Part shown: piece by piece, positions 51,569 to 64,000 of the stretch
Numbering within the stretch: the stretch's first letter is position 1
Layout: each line of letters opens with the position of its first letter
NCBI RefSeq assembly: GCF_006345805.1
Contig: NC_042999.1
Span: forward strand, 78,492,001-78,556,000
Direction: 5' to 3'
DNA: 64,000 nt
DNA from: Octopus sinensis
Lineage: Eukaryota
Notes under the pieces: model-generated
Seen by the model: only the letters and a program-made list of their open reading frames with translations
Databases searched by the model: none
Told to the model about the DNA's origin: nothing
Program-made: the position numbers and the translations under genes

Positions 51569-51652
51569 AACGCTACACGTGTTTCCGTCCTGGTGGTTTG
51601 TTTTACCAGCCTATACTTAATACATAAATCCACCAGCGCGTCCTCGGGCTAT
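51569..51652 (-). ncRNA. Degenerate hammerhead-like motif (Penelope-type)
   Basis: Minus strand: GC-CCGAGGA-CG..CUGGUGG...CCACCAG..CG-GAAAC-ACGU-GUA^GC. Core has U4C, stem I is weak, stem III is the palindrome ACACGUGU. Confidence 0.5.
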
Positions 51653-51926
51653 TTTTCTTTCTATTATTATTAACGGATCCAACTTAATCATACAAATTCT
51701 AATATATCTTCATTAAAAATAAGAATAAAAATAAATAAATAATATATATATATATATATATATAACTTCCTAATATATTTTTACAAAATTTAAAAGATTT
51801 TAAAAATTAAAAATTATATAATTTAAAAAGATTAATAAAAATTTAATAAAATTAAACAGTTAAAAATATAATAGCGATATATATATATATATATATAATG
51901 CTAAACATAAAGAAACCCTTTACGTT

Positions 51927-51957
<31 letters not shown>

Positions 51958-52635
51958 GGCTGTATAATATATGTATATATCATAAGATCCTCGATAATAT
52001 CAGGTGTTTATAAACCTTATATCATCAAAAGTATATATACATCCTATATATTATCAGATGTATCGTCTCTAATTTTCACACACTGAATATATTAGATTGA
52101 TTCTCAGTGAAAGTTTTTTTTATGGAAAATAGGAGTGACTTTCCGAACATGACTCTTCGTCGGAGGGGGAAAAAAGTCCAGAAAGAAGGGAAAGGAAAAA
52201 GAAGTGTACGAGAAGAGCAAGTGTGCCGTTACAAGGCCGAAGAATAACTGACCGGAAGTTGGAGAAAAATAGATAATGTAGTTGGAGAAAAATAGATAAT
52301 GTAGTTTTTGAAAGAAGGATTGTCTGTATCTGATATTATCCAGTTGGTCTTGTGCTGCCCAAGATTTTAGTATTCTTGAATCATTCGCCTCGACGCCGCC
52401 ATCATCCATATGTATGTATTATTTTTACATTCCCCCAAGCTCTGTATTTACCTCTTCGTCCAATCCTTTTCCTCCCCAGAACCTCGGTCCTCCAGAATTC
52501 CTTCTATGCACTTGTTTTCTTTGCGGTTTTTGACTTTAAGAGGAACATTGTTGGCATTGATCTTGGCAAACTTGAAGGACTTGCACCGGCCGCCATTGGT
52601 TCAAAACATTCCTCACACCAAACTAATTAAAGATA

Positions 52636-53020
52636 GGCGCAACAGTGGATGTGTGGTAAGTAGCTTGCTTACGAACCACATGGTTCCGGGTTCAGTCCCA
52701 CTGCGTGACATTTTAGGCAAATGACTTCTACTATAGCCTCGGGCCGACCAAAGCCTTGTGAGTGGATTTGGTAGACGGAAACTGAGAGAAGCCCGTCGTA
52801 TATATGTATATATATGTATGTGTGTATATGTTTGTCCCCCAAACATCGCTTGAAAACAGATGCTGGTTTGTTTACGTCCCCGTAACTTGGCAGCTCGGCA
52901 AAAGAGACGATAGAATAACTATTAGCCTTACAAAGAATGAGTCCTGGGGCCGATATACTCGACTAAAGGCGGCGCTCCAGCATGGCCGCAGTCAAATGAC
53001 TGAAACAAGTAAAAGATTAA
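52636..53020 (+). mobile_element. Family B SINE (full length)
   Basis: Colinear with 45167-45559. An inverted partial copy follows at ~53270-53485. Confidence 0.9.
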
Positions 53021-53490
53021 AAGAGACTAGAAAACACACATTTCATATGCATACATAGATGTATCTATATCTATATATATATATAAAATCATAAATGATT
53101 AGAAATAGTTTGATAACATTTTATTTAACAATAAGAAATTACTAATATTACGACAAATTGAATCCATATATCGTGGCACACACACACACGCACATAGAGA
53201 GAGATACATACACACGCATACCTTCAATCATATATATTCATGCATGCATATAGACATATGTATGAATATATTCTATTCTTTTGCTTGTTTCAGTCATTAG
53301 AATGAGGCCATGCTGGGGTAGCGCCTTAAAGAATTGTAGTCGAACGAATCAACCCCAGCACTTATTTTGTTTAAAGCTTGGTATTTATTCTATCGGTCTG
53401 TTTTGCCGAACCACTAAGTTGGGGTGACCTAATCAAACTAGCCCCAGTTGTCAAGCCGTGGTGTTGGACAAATACAAACACAAAGGCACA

Positions 53491-53533
<43 letters not shown>

Positions 53534-53582
53534 ACGAACACACAAACACATACACATACATACATACATACATACATACATA

Positions 53583-53745
53583 CATTATTAGGGCCCTGGT
53601 ATATGTGACACGCTGCCTAAATGCCTATCTTGAGAAATTAAGCTTCTCAAAACCAGAAAGAAGAAAGCTGATTCGAAGACGACTGATCAAAGCCATCATT
53701 GGAACTGTAAAAATCTGTAAAACTTTCCAGAAGTTTATCATTTAA
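53583..53745 (+). mobile_element. RLE-type non-LTR retrotransposon C-terminal fragment
   Basis: IIRALVYVTRCLNAYLEKL.F...IGTVKICKTFQKF* resembles the IIGALG...GT..I terminus of RLE-type LINEs. Confidence 0.55.
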
Positions 53746-53899
53746 ATATATTTGAGCATGTCTAAATATGCAAGCATATGCATGAGAAGACTTACATAAA
53801 ACAAAACATACAAATCTGCACTATACATACCTACCTACCTACATACATACATACATACATACATACATGCATACATACATATATATATATATATACATA

Positions 53900-54110
53900 G
53901 AAGGAGCATTCCGTCGGTTGCGACGACAAGGGTCCCAGCTGATACGATCAACGGAACAGCTTGCTCGTGAAATTAACGTGCAAGTGGCTGAGCACTCCAC
54001 AAACACGTGTACCTTCAACACAGTTCCCGGGGAGATTCAGCGTGACACAGAGTGTGACAAGACTGGCCCTTTGAAATACAGGTACTACTCATTTTTGCCA
54101 GCTGAGTGGG
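53900..54110. mobile_element. Interspersed SINE-like repeat fragment
   Basis: GC-richer block between (TACA)n tracts; looks like a dispersed repeat body. Family not assigned. Confidence 0.5.
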
Positions 54111-54894
54111 CATACATACATACATACATACATGCATACATGCATACATACATACATACATACATACATACATACATACATACATACATACATACATACA
54201 TACATACATACATACCCAGTTACTGATGTTGAACTTCCAATGAAGGATCCTTGGATCTGGGTTATAAACCGGTTCTTTCTCTATTGGCAAGAAGTCTTGA
54301 AATAAAACTGATTTATGACATACATACATATGATATGCATGTGTATTTGTGTGTGTGTGTGTGTGTTTGTGTGTGTGTGCGCGTTTGTATTTGTGTGTGT
54401 GTATGTGTGTGTGGTGTGTGTGTATACATACATACGCGCACAGACATCAATACAAAGAATACTGGTGGAACATCTCCATCAAAATGTCTGTCAAGTGTAA
54501 ACATAACAGGCCGGATACTGTTGTTTGAGACAGACAAGTAAAAGTAGGTACCGCCATACAGAGCCGTAAACATTATTAACCACACAGACTCCGAGGCATA
54601 GCAGTAAATGGTTTTTCCACTATTTGCATATAGTCATGGACTGGCGATTCAGTTCGCCCCCGTTTCGGCTCAGGTACGTGATGTTAATAAGCCACAAAAA
54701 TGGCGAAGTAACAGTATCCATCTTTCCTGAATGAGATTGAGAGTGAATTGTCTTGCCTTTCTATGACTTTCATGTGTTTTAACAGCCAGCGCTTTGAAGG
54801 AGTCATCTCCACAGCGCGATAACGCAGCCTACTAGCGAACAAGCTAACCACATTCATTGAATATGTGCTGTCGATAATACACACACACATACAC

Positions 54895-55476
54895 ACACGT
54901 ACGTACGTATGTATGTATGTATGTATGTATGTATGTATGTATGTATGTATGTATGTATGTATGTATGTATGTATGTATGTATGTATGTATGTATATACGT
55001 CTTTCTGATTGTATGTATGTATGTATGTATGTATGTATGTACGTATGTATGTGTGTATGTATGTATGTATGTATGTATGTATGTATGAATGTGTGTATGT
55101 ATGTATGTATGTATGTATGTATTTATGTATGTATGTATGTATGTATGTATGTATGTATGAATGAATGTGTGTATGTGTATGTATGTATGTATGTATGTAT
55201 GTATGTGTGTATGTGTGTATGTATGTATGTATGTATGTATGAATGTGTGTATGTATGTATGTATGTATGTATGAATGTGTGCATGTGTGTATGTATGTAT
55301 GTATGTATGTATGTATGTATGTATGAATGTGTGTATGTATGTATGTATGTATGTATGTATGTATGTATGTATGTATGTACGTACGTATGTACGTATGTAC
55401 GTGTGTATGTACGTGTGTATGTATGTATGTATGTATGTATGTATGTATGTATGTATGTATGTATGTATGTATGTAT
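54895..55476. repeat. Long (TATG)n microsatellite with variant units
   Basis: Direct inspection. Abuts a family B SINE head on the minus strand (55480-55625). Confidence 0.95.
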
Positions 55477-55864
55477 ACGCCACGTTTCTGTTAGTTTGCA
55501 CCTACCCCACCCACTTACAAAGCTTTGGTCGGCGTGCGGCTATTGTGGAAGACATTTGCCCAAGGTGCCACGCACTTGGAACTATGTGGTTGGGAAGCAA
55601 ACTTCTTACTACGTAACCACGCCTACACGCACGTAACGTTAAGTATACGCAAACGCATCTATGTCACACTTAAATCACACTCGCATATGTTACAAATATG
55701 TCAAAAATATGCATACATGGACATGCACACAGACTCATATGCATACACACACACAGACATGTATATGTTGTATGTACGTATGCATGTATGTATGCATGTA
55801 TGTATGTATGCATGTACGTCTGTATGTATGTTGTATGATTGTCCCATTTTGTATTATATATATA

Positions 55865-55986
<122 letters not shown>

Positions 55987-56579
55987 CAAAATGGGACAAG
56001 AACGCAAAACATTCGGACAACAAGGTGATACAAAAAGGGACAACAAAACATCCAAATAGACGATACAAAAAAACAAGGACGAGTCATTTGAAGCTTCCTA
56101 TCCTCAGTCAAGAACCGGATCATCCTCGCAATTTCGGCTGATTAATCTTTATATATATATATATATATATATGAATATATGCACACATATATACGACGAG
56201 GTGCCCAAAAGTAAGCGGAAACGTTCTGTGTGGGACAAACCCGTTGTAGTTCAGGTTTCCGCCGCTAGAACCAACTTGATGCGACCCTCAGGCATCAGTC
56301 TGCCGACCAGCACCTTCTTGTGGGTTCGCACAGCCAAATGGTGCGTCTTTGTTTTGCAGTGTTTCTCTCCTGTTCGATTTTTGCGGTAGCTGAAACGAAG
56401 GGACAGCCTGCACACGCATGCGCAGTCATGCAACAATACATAGAAGGTATACACTTTCATACGTGACATAAAGGCGTCATACATAACTTCAAGCACACAT
56501 ATACGTACACACAGATAAACTTACACGACATACAGCATAAATACATGTCAAGACGGAAGCCTGAAAGCACCCTTCCTCC

Positions 56580-56945
56580 CACACACACACATACACACGC
56601 AAACCACACACACGTACACGTACACACACACACACATACGCGTACACAACCACGTACACACACATACAGAGAGAGAGAGAGAGACACACACACACAGGCA
56701 CACACACACACACACGTACGCCACACACACGTACGCGTACACACACGTACGCGTACACACACACGTACTACGCGTACACACACACGTACACACACACGTA
56801 CACACACAGAGACACACACACAGAGGCACACAAACAGAGGCACACAAACAGAGGCACACAACACACACACACATACACACACACAGAGACACACACACAC
56901 AGGCACAGACACATACACACATACACACACACACACACACACGTT
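56580..56945. repeat. (CA)n/(CACGTA)-type simple repeat
   Basis: Direct inspection. Confidence 0.9.
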
Positions 56946-57309
56946 CGATGCATGCAGCATAAATATATGTAAAGACGGAAGCCTCAAAGTACAAACACAC
57001 GTCTTAAGATCAGAATGCAATAGTTTGTGTGGTAAAAAATAAAGGAAAGGAAAAAAAGGAACACCACCACCACCAACAACAACAAAAAGAAAACCTTTTT
57101 TTTTGTTGTTGAGGTGTATTGCCATCAGACGGAGCAGGTTTAGTGGTTCTGTTGACTTAAGACGAAATAATAATCTTTGTTACAGATTGTCCTCTCTGTA
57201 GCTTCAATACATGAAAAGTTTAACTAAATTACGGCCTTGTTTCTGCTTTATATTCTTCTTTCCTTTTTAAAGGAAAAAAAATGACTGGGTGAGACTGAGG
57301 AAAAAAAAA

Positions 57310-57787
57310 TGACTGGGTGAGAATGAGGGATAGAGAGAGGGAAGGAGAAAGAGAGAGAGTGTACATGTGTGTGAGAGAGAGAGTGTGAGTGTATGTATGT
57401 GAATGAGAGACAGAGAGAGGGAAGGAGAAAGAGAGAGAAGTGAGAGAGAGAGAGAGAGAGAGTGTGTGTGTTTGAGAGAGAGTAAGTGTGTGTGTGAGTG
57501 AGTGAGAGAGTGAGTGTATGTGTGTGAGAGGGAGAGAGTGAGTGTATGTGTGTGTGAAAGAGAGACTGATAGAGAGAGAGACTAACTGAGAGAAAGAAGG
57601 AAGGAGAAAGCGAGAGAAAGAGAGAGTGTGTGTGAGAGCGAGAGAGTGAGTGTGTGTGTATGTGAGTGGGAGAGAGAGAAAGAGTGAGTGAGAAAGAGAG
57701 AAAGAGAGTGTGTGTGTATGAGAGAGAGAAAGAGAGAGAGCGAGAGAGAAAGAGCGAGAGCGAGAGAGAGAGAGAGAGAGAGAGAGA
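57310..57787. repeat. (GA)n/(GT)n compound simple repeat
   Basis: Direct inspection. Confidence 0.9.
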
Positions 57788-57849
57788 TTTATTCTTTCTA
57801 TAGGAAAGATTAGTTCAGTAAAATGTTTCCTTGTGGTTGTGTTAATGTT

Positions 57850-59040
57850 GCGAGCTGTCACGATCGTTACAGTGTCGGAAAAAAAAAAAAACCCTTGAAA
57901 TATTTTTTTCCGACTCTTCACGTTCTGAGTTCGAATTCCACCTTTATCAACTTTGCCTCTCATCACTGCGAGGTCATTAAAATAAGTACCGGTCAAGTAC
58001 TGGAGTCGATGGAATCGATTAGATCCCCCCCACCACAAAATTTCAGGCCTTGTGTCTATAGTAAAAAGGATTATTATTATTATTATTGGTGGCAAGCTGG
58101 CAGAGAAGTAGCATGCCGGACGAAATGCTTAACGTTCTGAGTTCGAATTCCGCCGAGGTCGACTTTGCCTTTCATCCTTTCGGGGTCGATTATAAAGTAC
58201 CAGTTACGTACTGAGGTCGATGTTTGTCTGTCCTTGTTTGTCCTCTCTGTGTTTAGCCCCTTGTAGGTAATAAAGAAATAGGCATTTCGTCCGTCGCTAC
58301 GTACTGAGTTCAAATTCCACTCGAGTCGAATTTGCCTTTCATCCTTTCGGAGTCGATAAAATAAGTACCAGTTGAGTTTTGGGGTCGACTATCCCCCTCC
58401 AACAAAATTGCTGGCCTTGTGCCAAAATTTGAAATCCTTATTATTACTATTATTGTTGGTGGCGAACTGGCAGAATCATTAGCATGCAGAGCAAAAGGTT
58501 TAATCCGAGTATTTCGTCCGTTTTTATGTTCTGAGTACAAATTCTGCTGAGGTCGACTTTGCCTTTCATCCTTTCGGAGTCGTTAAAATAAGTACCAGTT
58601 GTATAGTGGAGTCGATGTAATCGACTAGCTCTTCCCCAAAATTTCAGACCTAGTGCCTAGAGTAGAAAAGATTATTATTATTATTATTCTTTTCTTCTCT
58701 AGGAAGAAACTTTGGGGGAGGAGGAAAGTCGATTACATCGACCCCAGTACGCAACTGGTACTTAATTTATCGACCCCGAAAATATGAAAGGCAAAGTCGA
58801 CCTCGCCGGAATTTGAACTTAGAACGTAAAGACAGATGAAATACCGCTAAGCATTTTGCCCTGCGTGCTAACGTTTCTGCCGGCTCGCCGCCTTTGGTGG
58901 CGATGTGTCAGAATCGTTAGTACGCTGGACGAAATGCTTAGCGGTATTTCATCTGTCTTTACGTTCTGAGTTCAAATTCCGGCGAGGTCGACTTTGCCTT
59001 TCATCCTTTCGGTGTTTCATCTGCCGCTACGTTCTGACGC
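57850..59040. mobile_element. Cluster of ~6 family A SINEs in both orientations
   Basis: Plus copies at ~57870, 58089, 58280, 58459 and 58896; minus copy at ~58710-58892. Confidence 0.9.
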
Positions 59041-59585
59041 CTTCGTTGGCTCGATGCTCCAAAATAATTCCTCAGTTTGCAGGAGAAACTCTAAAAGTTC
59101 ACTCTGAGTTTGTAACCACTAATAAACGTCAACACCCCTTCACAATAACAAGAGTCTGTTTTGTGCAACCACAGTTTTTGTAAAAATGCATATTGCAAAT
59201 TTTATTTGGCCTTCGAAAACCGCGACAATTTGCGATTGAAAGAATGGAATATTAAAATAGTGACAGTAACTAAATTCTTAGAGCTCGGATAAGATGTACT
59301 GTGGTATTTCATTTAGCTATGGCCCTTTATATTCTGAGTTCAAATTCCGCTAAATACCAATCTAATACTAGATGGTTGATATATTTGACTGCAGACTGAT
59401 GCCACCTGGGAGTGATGGTCCGATTAGATTTTTAGGTATGGCAAGTTTCGTTTAATGCAATGTAAACGCCTCTTGGTCTTTGGTTTTAGAAAAGAAAAAG
59501 AATGGGATTTTCTGAGTTGGATAGCAGTAATATTATTACTGTTCGCTTCAATGAAGCTCTTTATAATTGGGTAAATGTCACTTTG

Positions 59586-59842
59586 TGGAGGTGCATGGCC
59601 TAGTGGTTAGAGCAGTGAACTCGCGGTCGAGGGATCGCGGGTTCGAATCTCAGACCGGGTGATGTGTGTGTTTATGAGCGAAGCACCTAAGCTCCACGCG
59701 GCTCCGGCAGAAGGTAATGGCGAACTTCTGCTGACTCTTTCGCCACAACTTTCTCTCACTCTTTCCTCCTGCATCTTGCAGCTCACCTGCGACGGACCGG
59801 CGTCCCGTCCAGGTGGGGAACCTATACGCCAAGAAAACCGGG
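59586..59842 (+). mobile_element. Family C SINE with 13-bp TSD
   Basis: tRNA-like head (tggcctagtggttagagc...ggttcgaatc). aaatgtcactttg occurs at 59573-59585 and 59843-59855. Confidence 0.92.
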
Positions 59843-61744
59843 AAATGTCACTTTGAAAGTATTTTTCATTTAAAGCCTTCCGTATGTTGCTACAGCTTTG
59901 ATGTTGCCTCTTATGGCAGAAAGGCACGGTTTATAATGGCCCACATAAGCAGCATACGTGCTCGTTCTGCCATGTTTTATAAGGTGTTTCACAGCGAAGA
60001 TGTCTTGTATAGTAGCTAGTCTGCTGCTACTGGTACACATGATACGGAAATATCACAGCAGATTGACTCGTATGATGGAGATTTTATTGGCTTGTCACCG
60101 TTTGTGATATCACGACCATAGCTTATTGTTTGTTTTTCAAATTGTTCACTTAAGGTATCGTTTATTTAAGTGTATATGAAAAGTGCCAAATCTGTGTTAA
60201 TTCTCTACTGACCTATTCATATGATCTTGTATCTGACAGTATGAGGAAGCACAGTGGTGTATAAAGCTAGGTCGAAAGCTTTGGAGACAGCTATATTTTT
60301 CAATTAAATTTCTTCTACTTCTTACACAATTTTCCCTACATTCTTTATCTAGACAGAGGATTCTAGTCTTTGAGTTCCAGCTGTTGGCTCTAGTTTGTGT
60401 CTGACAATATTGAGTAATAATCTCTTATTTCTTCCATTTTTCTTGTCATATGGCTTCGCATTGGAGCAAACAAATGTATGGAGTGCTTTAACTGATTTTT
60501 AGCTTAATGTTAACTGTTGCCCTGAAATGCGTGATCGGTTAACTTTCATTTGTCGATATTATTGTGTAACTCCAGATCAACTTTGATCTAGTGGAGCTTT
60601 TATCAAAGATGTTCCAAGCTCAATCGTCCAATCTTTTATTCAGATGTCTTAGAAGACATTACATAATGCGTGAGTTTTATTAGAGACACCTTTGTAGACT
60701 TGTGGCTCGTTGTTGTTGTCATTGTTGTTCAACCCCAGGTCAGCCTTGCTCGAGTAGATTTTTCATCAAAGCAAAGCGTATCTTGGATGTTGGTTAGAAA
60801 ATTTGTCAGTATTTATGTATGAAGTTGGCAATATTATAACGAACAACAAAACTCCGACTATTTCGTTGTAAATTGACGAAGTGATAGTTGCCGTGTTGTT
60901 TCACTGGACAATTCTTATACTTGTTTCTTGAAAACATGTATCAATACGTGTACAAATCAAGCCAAAGTGGGAAGCCCTTAAGTAGCCTCTCGACTTGCGA
61001 ACGACCAAATCGCCTCAAATGACATCCTATTATGTTAAAAGAATTGAAAGGACTTTGTAGATAATGAAGTGATAGATACAGAAAAGGTGGAACCGACATG
61101 GCCCTAACATTTGTGATCATAAGTCAAGTCAGTTAGGGTCGACATGTGATTTAAGAACAACATACGTTGCAGCACCAATTTCACTTATAGTAATGATTAA
61201 TAGAATCATTAGAACGTCAGACAAATTCCACGCAGTAATTGTTCTGGCGTTCTGAGTTTACGTCATGCCGAGATCAAATTTATTTTTTCATTCTTTTCGG
61301 TTTCGATAATTAAAACATCCGTACGATACTGGAGCAAATTTCTCTAGTTTTCTCTTATATTCGCTGCTGCTGCGTGAGAGATTTGCCCGATGTCATCATA
61401 GTGTTACATCCGTCTAAGAAATGGAGAAAGATTGATCGGAAAGCTAACAACTTTTTCTAATCTAGGAAGCATGGCAAAAAAAAAAAACTGTTTCAAGAAA
61501 GCAGAGATACCAGCAATGTTGTAAGTGGCATTAAGTAACTAGAAAAGGATGGAGACTTTATAGTTACGAAAACTCAAAGCACATATAAAATGATTTCGTT
61601 AAAATTGAAAAAAAACATCCATGTAAAATTTCTTTCTAAGTGGGAGCTCTGCGAAGAGACGTTCGTTCAATGCAATTTTCAAGTAAAGTAATGATGATGA
61701 TGAAGACGATGATTATGATTAGTAGTAGTAATAGTAGTAATGAT

Positions 61745-61927
61745 TTCAAATTTTTGCTCAAGGCCGGTAATTCCGGGGGTAGAGTAAGTGCTCAACTGGT
61801 ACTTATTTTATCGACCCCGAAATGATGAAAGGTAAAATCGACCTCAGTGGAATTTGAACTCATAGCGTAAAAGACGGACGAAGTGCCGCTAAGCATTTTG
61901 CCCGGTGTGCTAACGAATCAACCAGCA
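61745..61927 (-). mobile_element. Family A SINE
   Basis: Reverse complement of the family A core. Confidence 0.85.
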
Positions 61928-62392
61928 GAGTTACCAACAATGTTCTGGTATCGACGTATCGTATACTCTATTGCTAAAACGGTTAAAAAGAAAGGGAATC
62001 GTAGCATCCTCCCACATAGGGGAGGCTGAGTACCTACTCAAGAAACCGATGCTTATAAAACGTTAACTTCGATGCCCTACCGATTTTTGCTAACCCACAT
62101 TGTTCGCAAGTTATAAACACTAACCCCTACGTATCAGTAATTGTAACTAATTACATATTTCTTTCAGTAATTAGTACGATTCAGTTGTATAATGCTTTCG
62201 TATGTCCTATTCTTGGCACCAATAGGAAGTATTTTCAATCCTCTGCGGTGGCTGTAAATCAATTTGCTCTTACTTCGTTTCCAGTGTGGTCCGCTGAGGT
62301 GATCGGAATTTTCCTAAGATTCATTAATAAACAAATAAGTCATACCCCGTAGTAACGTTAATGTATTTTGTTGAGCGGAAATATGGAATTCG

Positions 62393-62449
62393 CTTTCTTT
62401 CTTTCTTTCTTTCTTTATTTCTTTCCTTTCCTTTCCTTCTTTTCTTTCT

Positions 62450-62493
<44 letters not shown>

Positions 62494-62706
62494 TTCCTTC
62501 TTCCTTTCTTTCTTTCTTTTCTTTCTTCTTTTCTTTCTTTCTTTCTTCTTCCTTCTTTTCTTCTTTCTTTCTTTCTTCTTTATTCCTTTCCTTTCTTTCC
62601 TTTCTTCTTCTTCCTTCCTTTCTTTTCTTTCTTTCTTTTCTTTCGTTTCCTTTCCTTCCTTCCTTCTTCTCTTCCTTCCTTCCTTTCTTTCTTTCTTTCT
62701 TTCTTT

Positions 62707-62737
<31 letters not shown>

Positions 62738-62745
62738 CCTTACTT
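62393..62745. repeat. (CTTT/CCTT)n polypyrimidine repeat
   Basis: Direct inspection. Confidence 0.95.
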
Positions 62746-63150
62746 TCACTTTCATGCTCAACCTGTTCACGCAATCACTTATTTCTTCCTCTCTCTTACC
62801 AACAAACACACTCCTTCTTTCTCTATAACACATCCTAATTTTCTCTTTTTTGTTTTACATACATGCAAACATACACTTGTTCTCTGTCTGTCTGCCTGCC
62901 TGCCTGTGCGCGTGCGCGCCTGTATGCGCGCGCGAGTGTGTGTGTGTATGTGTGTATGCGCGTGTCTGTCACTTCCTTTGCATATATTTATATATATTTA
63001 TATTAATACGTATCTATATTTCTGTACACATACATATATATACATATATGTGTATATATGCATGTGTATATATGCGTATATATATATATATTTATATTTG
63101 TGTATATATATATATGTGTATATATATATATATATGCTTATATATATATG

Positions 63151-63193
<43 letters not shown>

Positions 63194-63702
63194 AAATATA
63201 TATATATTACATATACATATATATATGCATATATGTATAGATATGTAATATATATATATATATATATATACACTGTAATATATGTTCCTAATAAACACAC
63301 TCTTATTTTCTTTTTCCTATACATACACACTCATTATCTCTCATCACTCACACACCTACTCTTCTCTCTCTCCTCCCATCATTCACTCACTGCTACGCAT
63401 TTTGTCTTTGTAATTTACACACACACACACACACACAAACACACACATATACACATACACACACATACACACATACAAAGACACACAAACACACACATAC
63501 ACACGCATACCCAGAGTAAAATGGGTGCTTAACAACAAAGAAAACAGCAACATAAACAAATAAAAGCAACGACAATACGACGACGATGACGACCACGACG
63601 ATCACCATGACCACCACCACCAACAAGAAAAATCATAACAACAACTATAACAAAATCACTGCCAACGTTAACAAGAAAAAGAAATCAGTGCAACAATTGC
63701 GT

Positions 63703-63703
<1 letters not shown>

Positions 63704-63733
<30 letters not shown>

Positions 63734-64000
63734 GTCATCATCATCGTAATCATCATCATCATCATCGTCATCATTATCATCATCATCATCCTCCATCATA
63801 TCAAATATCATCATCATCATCACATCAGAAACTCATTCATCCATCGTCATCATTCATCATCAATCATCATCCATCATCATCATTCATCATCATCGGCATC
63901 GGCATCATCATCATCGTCAATATCCCATCATCATCCCATCATCATATCATCGTCGTCTCATCTCATCATCATCATCATCACATCATCATCAAGAATCATC
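63704..64000. repeat. (CAT)n degenerate microsatellite running to the window end
   Basis: Direct inspection. Confidence 0.9.

Noticed and set aside
56085-56150. GAAA...CTGAGGA on the minus strand (possible permuted hammerhead)
   Set aside because: I could not build consistent helices around the core.
59587-59660. tRNA gene
   Set aside because: The tRNA-like head belongs to a SINE: it continues into the SINE body and is bounded by a TSD.
62324-63532. Lys/Glu/Arg-rich and Tyr/Ile-rich ORFs
   Set aside because: Translations of (CTTT)n and (TA)n simple repeats.

Overview
AT-rich, repeat-dense animal genomic DNA. The SINE families, RTE tails and very dense microsatellites look like octopus (cephalopod) sequence; this is an inference. 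The window holds one supportable protein-coding gene: a 3-coding-exon MYORG-like GH31 type II membrane glycosidase (+ strand, 29058-39599, 717 aa after splicing). It keeps the nucleophile Asp but appears to have lost the catalytic acid/base Asp, so it is a candidate pseudo-enzyme. The most striking non-coding signal is a near-identical ~487-bp tandem array at 1-1108 that runs off the left edge. Each unit carries a type I hammerhead ribozyme on the minus strand (CUGAUGA...GAAAC...GUA, closed by an 8-bp stem I) inside a highly base-paired monomer, which makes it a retrozyme-like / Penelope-pLTR-like candidate circular-RNA system. Diverged solitary relatives with different stem sequences lie at ~20.5 kb and ~51.6 kb. 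The rest is decayed transposable elements (Buster-type hAT with 8-bp TSD nested in an RTE LINE, several mariners/MITEs, Gypsy integrase plus LTR, RTE and R4-like LINE fragments, many tRNA-derived SINEs), a ~1.8-kb foldback upstream of the gene, and simple repeats. Most ORFs in the track are microsatellite artefacts.
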